From positions 1 to 32,703 of IMG/VR virus record IMGVR_UViG_3300017589_000215: a DNA stretch of 32,703 nt; one strand, given 5' to 3'. Of the stretch, positions 18,008-25,235 are shown piece by piece (positions within the stretch are counted from its first letter, which is position 1; every line of letters starts with the position of its first letter). The position numbers and the translations under genes were made by a program. The DNA is from a virus (taxonomy: Duplodnaviria; Caudoviricetes). A model generated the notes under the pieces. That model made no database searches. It was given only the letters and a program-made list of their open reading frames with translations, and was not told the origin of the DNA.

Positions 18008-18979
18008 TTATCCTCCTACAGCTTCAGTGGTGAATTTTAATGCGCACAAATAGCGAGCATCAAGTGTATCATATCCAACGCCAAAGAAGGCCATCATGAA
18101 AAATTGAACCATCTTTGGGTTGTCACACTCGCGGATTTTCACTTTTTCCTTGTCGCTTTCCTGGTCAACACCTACCAGCATGTTATCCTTTACAGTTATG
18201 TAAATGAAATCCTGGTCTTCCATGTTGTCCAAAGGAACAAAGAAGCATTTTCCACGGCTACCAACCAAAGTTTTTTTACTTTGATCAAAGCCTTCATTCC
18301 ATGGTGCATGGCCAAATTCTGCCTGGAACCAGTCTTCGTACATCTCCAAAACCGAAGTAGGAAGGTACATGTTAACCTTCTGCTTTTTCAGAGTTTTATG
18401 TATTGCTCTGTAAGCTGCTTTTAAAAGGTCCCCACAGTTGGCAGTTGTCATTGCTTCTGCTGTTAGGTCCTGATAGTTCTTCTTAGCTAATGAAAGTTTG
18501 CCAGCTACCACAGCAGCTGCTGCCTGAGTGGAAAAACCATCGAAGAGATCTGCGGTTGAATTACCTGCAGGATTGCGAACAGCAGTAAACATTGCATCAT
18601 ACAAAGCTTCACCAACTTTCTTAGCCATACGAAGTGCAACCAATCTTGCAATTTCGCGGTCAGTAGGCTTTTTGTCAGTTGTTTCAGTGTAGAGGGTACC
18701 CAAAATTTTATTCGGGTCAAATTCTTTAACAACATCACCGAGGAATACTTCAAATTCGTAAGGTTCGATGACAGTGTTATCAGATGCGTCTTTTGCTGTC
18801 CTGTATGGACGTAATTGCGCATCAGTGTCGAGTGTACCACCTATCCTTTTTCCTTGTAGTCCGGTTTCAATGGACATGTACTGAAGGATATCAGCTAACT
18901 CCGCAACCGGCATAGTAAGAAGTTCTTTCTTATACTTTACACCGGCATCAATAAGGGCTTGATTTATGTCTAAGGCCAC
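18008..18979 (-). CDS. Major capsid protein (GTG start)
   Basis: 323 aa directly behind the prohead protease; DLFDGF motif; size fits the HK97 fold. Confidence 0.78.
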   Translation of the reverse strand: MALDINQALIDAGVKYKKELLTMPVAELADILQYMSIETGLQGKRIGGTLDTDAQLRPYRTAKDASDNTVIEPYEFEVFLGDVVKEFDPNKILGTLYTETTDKKPTDREIARLVALRMAKKVGEALYDAMFTAVRNPAGNSTADLFDGFSTQAAAAVVAGKLSLAKKNYQDLTAEAMTTANCGDLLKAAYRAIHKTLKKQKVNMYLPTSVLEMYEDWFQAEFGHAPWNEGFDQSKKTLVGSRGKCFFVPLDNMEDQDFIYITVKDNMLVGVDQESDKEKVKIRECDNPKMVQFFMMAFFGVGYDTLDARYLCALKFTTEAVGG

Positions 18980-18982
18980 TTT

Positions 18983-20218
18983 TTAGATGTTTTTAAGTTT
19001 GTTAAAGCGGGCGTAGAAATTATCTGAAGATTTTTCTTCGCCGTCCGTTTCCCTGGTAATAGTTGCTGATTCAGCACCAGCTCCTTTTTTGAGTTCAGTA
19101 ATCTCTTCATTGGCTGTTTGAAGTTGACCTTCAAGTTCAGTGATCCGTGATTGCTGATTAGTAGATTTCGTTTTCTCCTGGTCTAATTGGGCTGTTGCAG
19201 TTTCGCTCTGCTCAAGAGCAGTCTCAACCAATGCAGCCTGATCAGCCTGAAGCGTAATTGAGCCGTCAACACTTTCAAATGAAGGGACTCCTGAAGCTTT
19301 AGCAAGCCTCTTGTACTCAGGTTTTGACATCGAATTTTTATTATTTGAGGATTTCGAATTTTTCGAGGAAAGTTTTGCTACTCGCTGCATGGCATAATCA
19401 AAGTTGCCAATTGAGTCAATAAGTGGACCTATGACATCTTTTGCAAAATAGATGTCTGCAGTAAAATACTTTTCATCTATATCGCCACGGCCTGCCTTAA
19501 CCGTATTGATAAATTGCTCAGCGAATATTTTAAGGAAGTTTTCTTTATACTCTTCATAATTCCCTGCGCGAAGCTGATTCCATGTTTTTACTTTGTCCGT
19601 TGATTGGGGAGCTGTGATTGTATGGAACTTGTAACCTTGTAGCTCAAGTGCCGGTTGAGCATCAATAAAACTGGTTAATACTCCAATTGACCCTACAATT
19701 GCCGTATTATTATTAGCAATTATCTCATCACACTGACTGGCTAACCAATATGCAGCTGATGCAGCCTGATCATCGATAAAAGCAACAATGGGTTTTTTAG
19801 TATCCCGGATTATATTTCCTAATTCTTCAGTACCTGCAACAGTCCCACCAGGTGAATCTATAACCAGAAGAATTCCGGAAACATTTGAATCATTATCGGC
19901 CTGCTGGATCCATTGTCCGATTGTTTTCATACCAACCGGCCCGCAAAACTGAGAGTACTTTGTTAATGCCCCGGCAATTGAAATAACTGAAATACTCTTC
20001 AGGTCATTTTTTGTTGCAAACGCATCCTCATCATCATCAAACTCAGCTTTTAAAGGGATGCTTTTTATTATCGGCTCTACCGGTGATCCTTTTTCGAAAA
20101 GCACATCTCCATTAAGAATATGTGCAATCGTGACAGCCTGGTCATTCACAAATTTTTCGGTGATTGCCCATGGCTCAGATAAAATTGCAGAAATTAAATG
20201 TGGTTGGTAAGGTTTCAT
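18983..20218 (-). CDS. S49/SppA-type prohead protease with C-terminal scaffold-like coiled coil
   Basis: IDSPGG, AASAAYWLAS and VGSIGV motifs; Gln/Glu-rich coiled-coil tail. Confidence 0.92.
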   Translation of the reverse strand: MKPYQPHLISAILSEPWAITEKFVNDQAVTIAHILNGDVLFEKGSPVEPIIKSIPLKAEFDDDEDAFATKNDLKSISVISIAGALTKYSQFCGPVGMKTIGQWIQQADNDSNVSGILLVIDSPGGTVAGTEELGNIIRDTKKPIVAFIDDQAASAAYWLASQCDEIIANNNTAIVGSIGVLTSFIDAQPALELQGYKFHTITAPQSTDKVKTWNQLRAGNYEEYKENFLKIFAEQFINTVKAGRGDIDEKYFTADIYFAKDVIGPLIDSIGNFDYAMQRVAKLSSKNSKSSNNKNSMSKPEYKRLAKASGVPSFESVDGSITLQADQAALVETALEQSETATAQLDQEKTKSTNQQSRITELEGQLQTANEEITELKKGAGAESATITRETDGEEKSSDNFYARFNKLKNI

Positions 20219-20234
20219 TGCGGTATTTATACCA

Positions 20235-20269
20235 CAATGTTACGATTACATTATTCTGATTTAAAGGAC
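20235..20269 (-). promoter_or_regulatory. Putative late promoter, copy 4
   Basis: Minus strand GTCCTTT-N20-TAACATTG upstream of the protease start. Confidence 0.65.
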
Positions 20270-20634
20270 TTGACTGTAGCTCCAGACGCTGAATTCCAAG
20301 TGATTTTTAAATCATAACCGTAATTGGATCCTGCCTTGCCTTCATTTTTTTTATCCAGTAGAAGTGATGCTTTTATTTCATCATCTCCAATTTGATAACT
20401 GTAACCGGCAATATCCTCACAAACAAATATTGCACCCAGCGCCACTATCTTTTTAAGTTCGATATCTGCCTGCGGACTAATATTAGGAATATATGCGATT
20501 ATTTCGCTCAAATTTGATACTCCCTGCCTGACCGGCTGAGAAGTATCTTTAAATGTACCTGATTGATTTCTTATATTCAGCTGAACAAGTTCATCAGCTT
20601 CAGCAAATTTGTATGACAGTTTATTGATCAGCAT
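20251..20634 (-). CDS. Hypothetical phage protein
   Basis: 127-aa ORF upstream of the protease. Confidence 0.65.
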   Translation of the reverse strand: MLINKLSYKFAEADELVQLNIRNQSGTFKDTSQPVRQGVSNLSEIIAYIPNISPQADIELKKIVALGAIFVCEDIAGYSYQIGDDEIKASLLLDKKNEGKAGSNYGYDLKITWNSASGATVKSFKSE

Positions 20635-20654
20635 TTTTTAAATTTTTAGCGTTT

Positions 20655-20695
20655 CATCATCTAAATGTCCCCTGTGAGGGGACATTTAGATGATG
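20655..20695. repeat. Perfect 19-bp inverted repeat
   Basis: CATCATCTAAATGTCCCCT-GTG-AGGGGACATTTAGATGATG. Confidence 0.95.
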
Positions 20696-20699
20696 GATT

Positions 20700-21206
20700 T
20701 TATAATATATTGTATCCTAACTGTTTAGAACTCTTTTTTAACCAATCGACTATTTTTTTTCTCTTTCTGTACTCATCCTTCTTGAGCATTTCATATTTAT
20801 CTTCACCATAAACGAAATCAGAAAAGACAGAAATTATAGTTTTTCTATCCATTTTAAGATCCCTACTTCCAACGTCAATCATCATTCGTAAATCAAGATA
20901 AGCGCATGACTCAATAAAGTCATTTATTCTTAACATGTCATCCGAAGTGTAATGAATAAAATTAGACCTGGAGCAATCGTTCTTATTTGCAGGCAAGACT
21001 ATTTCTACTGAATGACCGGTATATTCAATTTTGGTCTTTAAATTGGAATACCTGACACGTGAAAATAGGTACTTTCCTATCTCATGGTCTCTATTAATAA
21101 TAATAGGTCCTTCGTGAGATTCAAAAATAAATCTCAGGTAGTTTTCAAAATAGGGCTTTCTTAAGAATAATTGGATATTCCTTTCGGTTTTGGTTATAGC
21201 TTGCAT
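20700..21206 (-). CDS. Hypothetical protein, candidate late-gene regulator
   Basis: 168 aa with basic C-terminus (KKDEYRKRKK) at the early/late boundary; role inferred from position. Confidence 0.55.
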   Translation of the reverse strand: MQAITKTERNIQLFLRKPYFENYLRFIFESHEGPIIINRDHEIGKYLFSRVRYSNLKTKIEYTGHSVEIVLPANKNDCSRSNFIHYTSDDMLRINDFIESCAYLDLRMMIDVGSRDLKMDRKTIISVFSDFVYGEDKYEMLKKDEYRKRKKIVDWLKKSSKQLGYNIL

Positions 21207-21326
21207 GCAATAAATTTACAATTGTAAACTTTTTAAAAAAAGTTCATTTAGGGAAAAGTTATTGCCATGTCAATAAGTGAGTGATGTCACCACCCTGAAT
21301 TTTTTTTCTGAAAAAGTGAGAAAATT

Positions 21327-21594
21327 TGTAACCTGAGGTTTTTAGCTCTGTAACACTCTGTATCTCAGAGGTTACAAAGTTACAATCCAGTTTGTAACCG
21401 TATCCTTATATATCTGATTATCAGCGGTTACAAAAGTTACAAATTTTCGCACTTTTCTGTAACCAGATAGTTTTTGTCGAGTAAAAAGGTTACAAATTTT
21501 CTTTGGTTACAATTTTTATTAAAGTTTGTAACCTTTTTGTAACCGTATAACTCTCTAATTCTCTGTATTATATCCTATAAAGTTACAGGTTACA
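21327..21594. repeat. Iteron-like array (14 x GTTACA/TGTAAC), candidate replication origin
   Basis: TGTAAC at 21327, 21349, 21393, 21458, 21527, 21538; GTTACA at 21371, 21379, 21427, 21436, 21489, 21506, 21582, 21589; non-coding and AT-rich. Confidence 0.8.
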
Positions 21595-21949
21595 AAATAA
21601 TATAGAAATTAGGGGTTGGGGGAGGAGATGGCAAAAATGCAAATTTTTTAAATTATTTCATACCACTATATGTAGTAATCCCTAAGGCCTTACCATTTTT
21701 TAAGCTTACTTTTTGAGACAATAGAGCGTATAATAGGACGAAAATATAATAAGGTGTTCAATCAGCCGGTCATCTATCACCAGAAGCCTGCAAATAACTC
21801 CCTGAAGGGGAATAAATAACCAGGCCGGCTGATCTCACGTTTTTGTCATGAGCTGGCCACACTGGATCATGCCGGGAACAGCCATTATTACATTAAAAAA
21901 GCCCGTACATTACTGCACAGGCTTTCCCCAATTGTCAAAAGAAAGTGTC

Positions 21950-22246
21950 TTATCCTACTTTAATCCCTGTACTGGGAGGATTGTACGGTGGTCCTTTGGG
22001 TGCATAGTCGTGGAAGAAATAGCTTTTACCATCTCTAATAAGTTCTAACTGGCCAATAGTCATTGGCATAGCATCATTTACATCAAAACCACATTCCCTG
22101 GCCAAGGCGATAATTTCTTCTTCCCAGGTGCCACGAGCTTTTTCTTGAAGTTTTTTAAGGAACAATTTAGCCATTTCATCACCAATTGGCAATCTTGATT
22201 GAAAGCTAATTTGTGGTTGTATAAATATCATTGGGTTATAGCTCAT
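21950..22246 (-). CDS. Hypothetical protein
   Basis: 98-aa ORF at the end of the early gene string. Confidence 0.6.
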   Translation of the reverse strand: MSYNPMIFIQPQISFQSRLPIGDEMAKLFLKKLQEKARGTWEEEIIALARECGFDVNDAMPMTIGQLELIRDGKSYFFHDYAPKGPPYNPPSTGIKVG

Positions 22247-22388
22247 TTTTATCCGCCTCCTTGCCGGTTGATTTTGATTTTGGAACGATTATCCCGTTGT
22301 CGATTAATAACTGCTTACACTGCTCTTTGGTAAGATTTTCTTTATGTACCTTAATATAAATCTGGTACGCTGATAACTTTTTACTCAT
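22236..22388 (-). CDS. Small hypothetical protein (50 aa)
   Basis: Hand translation MSKKLSAYQIYIKVHKENLTKEQCKQLLIDNGII...; fills the gap and overlaps both neighbours. Confidence 0.55.
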   Translation of the reverse strand: MSKKLSAYQIYIKVHKENLTKEQCKQLLIDNGIIVPKSKSTGKEADKNEL

Positions 22389-22780
22389 TCTGACTTTATC
22401 CAAAATTGTTTAACATCTTTCATAGCTTTCCCTATTACTATTCTCAAAGTAGGACCTTTCTTAGCCTCAAATATTTGTGAATTGCACCAAATTTGATATT
22501 CACTGGCCTTCCCTTTGTTTTTTCTCACGTCAAGACAAATCTTACAATTGTACTCATTCAATGCCTCGTGCAACCAGTTAAGTAATTCACGATCACGTTT
22601 TGATTCTTCGTACATCCAGTCATGCCTTTCGCCAAGACTTTTATTCTGATTTTTAAGGACTCTTACTGAATCATTCTGTTTACTTATGGTTAAATCCTTT
22701 TGGTAAATCATTTTGACTAAGTAGAGAATAATCGCAATTAAAATAATGCACAGGCTTGTTAAAAAAGTAAGGTAATTCAT
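22385..22780 (-). CDS. Hypothetical protein with N-terminal transmembrane helix
   Basis: Hydrophobic first ~22 residues followed by a coiled coil. Confidence 0.65.
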   Translation of the reverse strand: MNYLTFLTSLCIILIAIILYLVKMIYQKDLTISKQNDSVRVLKNQNKSLGERHDWMYEESKRDRELLNWLHEALNEYNCKICLDVRKNKGKASEYQIWCNSQIFEAKKGPTLRIVIGKAMKDVKQFWIKSE

Positions 22781-23298
22781 TGTTCTCCAGCCTCCGTTCC
22801 GGACAATAAGTAACAGTTGTTAATATTCATAGTATAAGTATTGAAAGGATTGAGAAAACTCATACCTCTCTTTCCGCAGATACTAATAAAATTCATCAGT
22901 ATCTTGAATTTTGAAATTGGCTCAACAGCTGCATTTACGCAATCTTCTATCAGACCTTTCAATTCTGTTAGAATTTCCTCAGGAATGCTTTCAGTTTCTT
23001 TTAGTGCAATGATTTTGTCTGCTAATGTTTCACTGCGAAATTGCAAAGAACCAATTCGCTTTAAAGCCTGTACTGTGTAAGCACAATCAATGCTCGTTAC
23101 AACATATACCTTTGCTGGGTAAAATTCAGGTTTCACTTCTCCCATTTTACTTATGAACCCATTAGATCCAACAGCAATAATTAAACTATCGTCTGGAAGA
23201 TCTTGTATAGCCTGGTCAATGATCGGCCAATCATCTTTCTCATATTCGCATAATAACCTTGCTTTTATTGATGGGAATATCTGTACTTGTTTATCCAT
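22777..23298 (-). CDS. Hypothetical protein
   Basis: 173-aa ORF with a 4-nt overlap with the next gene. Confidence 0.65.
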   Translation of the reverse strand: MDKQVQIFPSIKARLLCEYEKDDWPIIDQAIQDLPDDSLIIAVGSNGFISKMGEVKPEFYPAKVYVVTSIDCAYTVQALKRIGSLQFRSETLADKIIALKETESIPEEILTELKGLIEDCVNAAVEPISKFKILMNFISICGKRGMSFLNPFNTYTMNINNCYLLSGTEAGEQ

Positions 23299-23310
23299 GA
23301 TTTAATATAA

Positions 23311-23628
23311 TTAAGTGAAATAAAACGTTTTACCGCTTCCACTACCAAAACGTTGTTGTTTGATGATGGTAGTAAAAGGGAAATCTTCTTTTGATACCTG
23401 GTCTAATGCCTCCTTTATCGGGGTTGCGTTTGTAAAAAACTTCCTTTCAACACCCTCAATCTTAACCTTAACTATATACCGGCCATCACCATGTCGGGTT
23501 TTAATTCCGGATTCAAAGTCCAGTACTTCTATTTCGCAGTTCGTGAGCTCCTCAATGGATACTACCGGCACGGCGAATATGTGCTTATTCTCAAGTGTGT
23601 TAATTCCGAAATCAGAAAACTTTTTCAT
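23311..23628 (-). CDS. Small protein coupled to the DGR RT (candidate accessory factor)
   Basis: 105 aa; start overlaps the RT 3' end by 17 nt; alternating hydrophobic pattern suggests beta strands, unlike Avd. Confidence 0.75.
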   Translation of the reverse strand: MKKFSDFGINTLENKHIFAVPVVSIEELTNCEIEVLDFESGIKTRHGDGRYIVKVKIEGVERKFFTNATPIKEALDQVSKEDFPFTTIIKQQRFGSGSGKTFYFT

Positions 23629-24598
23629 GCTTTATTACTTTTCTTAACAAGTGCTTCGAGTTGCAGTGCTTTGACCATCCCAACCAAGGGGCTATTTGCA
23701 TCCTGTACTGCTTTTCATCAATATTCTTTTTATTCAGCTTTGCCGCTTTACGACAGAGCCGCTTTTTAATTGATTTGCGCATCAATATGTGCGTGTGGAA
23801 GAATTTATACCCGACAAAGTCAATACTGCGGGATTCGACGGGAAATACCTGATAATTGCCCTTTAAATGCAGGTTGAGTTCATTAATCAGGTAATGATTG
23901 ATTTCAACCAGGAGATTATGCAAATAAGGCTTATTGGATGCCAGAATTACAACATCATCAGCATACCGGTAGTAGTATCTGACTGACTTGGATTCCTTAA
24001 TCCAGTGGTCGAAATAAGAAAGGTATAAATTGGCAAAAAATTGAGAGAGGTAATTGCCGATCGGAACACCAGGAGCACCATCTATTATCTCATCGAGGAG
24101 CTGAAGCAACCGGGCATCTTTTACCTTTTTGCGTATGATCCGCTTCATGATGCCGTGATCAATGCTAGGATAAAACTTCCGGATGTCGATCTTCAGGCAG
24201 TATTTTGTGTTTTCAACGTCCTTTAAATCCCGTTTAAGGTTCTTTAAAACATCGTGAATCCCTCTGCCCTTGATGCATGAATAAGTGTGCCTGATAAAAA
24301 TACTGTTCCATATAGGCTCCATCACGTTCATGATGGCGTGGTGTACTACTCGGTCCCTGAATGGAAGGCGGTATATTTCCCTTTCCTTAGGATCATAAAT
24401 TGTAAATATGCTGTAGGGTGAGGTGCGGTAAGTACCGCTAATCAATTCTTCCTGAAGCTGAGCAATATTACTTTCAGCATCTTTTTCAAACAGCTTGACC
24501 CCGTATTGGCTGGCCTTGCCCTGCCTAGCCTTATAAAAGGCTAGGTTCAGGTTTTCAAGGCTACAAACTTTATCGTATAAATTGCCAATCCGCTTCAT
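23612..24598 (-). CDS. DGR reverse transcriptase
   Basis: 328 aa; KEREIYRLPFRDRVVHHA, LKIDIRKFYPSI, GVPIGNYLSQ (DGR-type SQ motif), YYRYADD, IDFVGY; adjacent to TR/VR. Confidence 0.96.
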   Translation of the reverse strand: MKRIGNLYDKVCSLENLNLAFYKARQGKASQYGVKLFEKDAESNIAQLQEELISGTYRTSPYSIFTIYDPKEREIYRLPFRDRVVHHAIMNVMEPIWNSIFIRHTYSCIKGRGIHDVLKNLKRDLKDVENTKYCLKIDIRKFYPSIDHGIMKRIIRKKVKDARLLQLLDEIIDGAPGVPIGNYLSQFFANLYLSYFDHWIKESKSVRYYYRYADDVVILASNKPYLHNLLVEINHYLINELNLHLKGNYQVFPVESRSIDFVGYKFFHTHILMRKSIKKRLCRKAAKLNKKNIDEKQYRMQIAPWLGWSKHCNSKHLLRKVIKHEKVF

Positions 24599-24704
24599 TG
24601 CTTTGCTTTTCTATTCGGAGCGTTCTCCCTGAGGGATACCAGCACCTTTTGAATGTGTTATTTTTTGCCAAGTGGCAGGGTTCCGGGTTTGTAATATCTT
24701 ATAG

Positions 24705-24788
24705 AGCATAGGTGAGAGCTGTTACCCGCGTTCGTATTCGAGTAGTTGTAATTCGTATCGTTGAACGCGAAGACCCCCGAAGAGGACA
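24705..24788 (-). ncRNA. DGR template repeat (TR), 84 nt, 20 adenines
   Basis: Minus strand ...TTC AAC GAT ACG AAT TAC AAC TAC TCG AAT ACG AAC GCG GGT AAC AGC TCT CAC CTA TGC; intergenic; aligns without gaps to two VRs. Confidence 0.95.
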
Positions 24789-24817
24789 ACCCTACAAAGC
24801 CCGGCAACCTTTTCATC

Positions 24818-25207
24818 TTATTTTCTCAAAATTGTGTCCCACACTTCGATGAACTGTTTGCCGGCATATTCTGCCAACTCATCGCTTTTAAAGCAAAGGC
24901 GAGAGCCGTTACCCGCGTACGCAATCGAGTAGCCGTAAGTCGTATCGCCGAACGCGAAGACCCCCGAAGAGGACATACGGAACCAAGGGAACCATTTTTC
25001 CTGGTCGTCATCTTCCCAGTCGGCTTTCCAACCTTCGTTAAGGGCTTCTGCAATTACAGCCATTTTGTACTGAGCCTTAAAATACTCCCTCAGGTCTTCA
25101 GGGACTTCTGAGAATTCAGGTACATCAGGACGACCTGTTTCTTTCTGAGCGTCTACGAAAGTTTTAACTCTTTCAGTTACTTCCTTTTTTACTTCTTGTT
25201 TTTCCAT
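24818..25207 (-). CDS. DGR target protein 1 (129 aa)
   Basis: Contains VR1 encoding SSSGVFAFGDTTYGYSIAYAGNGSRLC. Confidence 0.92.
   Translation of the reverse strand: MEKQEVKKEVTERVKTFVDAQKETGRPDVPEFSEVPEDLREYFKAQYKMAVIAEALNEGWKADWEDDDQEKWFPWFRMSSSGVFAFGDTTYGYSIAYAGNGSRLCFKSDELAEYAGKQFIEVWDTILRK
24892..24975 (-). repeat. DGR variable repeat VR1
   Basis: 73/84 identical to TR; all 11 mismatches at TR adenines. Confidence 0.95.
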
Positions 25208-25235
25208 GTGCTTAGTTGTTTTGTGCCTTTCGGCG

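Noticed and set aside
21327-21594. Hexamer array as CRISPR
   Set aside because: Repeats are only 6-8 bp, in both orientations, with irregular spacing.
21848-22048. 66-aa + strand ORF
   Set aside because: Overlaps the 3' end of the minus-strand 98-aa gene and has no supporting features.
22385-22780. Single-TM protein as a holin or spanin
   Set aside because: It is in the early region with no endolysin nearby; no lysis cassette is recognisable in the window.
23612-24809. RT as a group II intron or retron (an inverted repeat flanks the upstream non-coding region)
   Set aside because: The RT is short, has no maturase/endonuclease extension, carries GNYLSQ, lacks a retron VTG motif, and the adenine-specific TR/VR pairs identify a DGR.
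24761-25111. 116-aa + strand ORF and 75-aa alternative-frame ORF (24826-25053) over target 1
   Set aside because: Shadow frames of the target gene, which is supported by paralogy with target 2.
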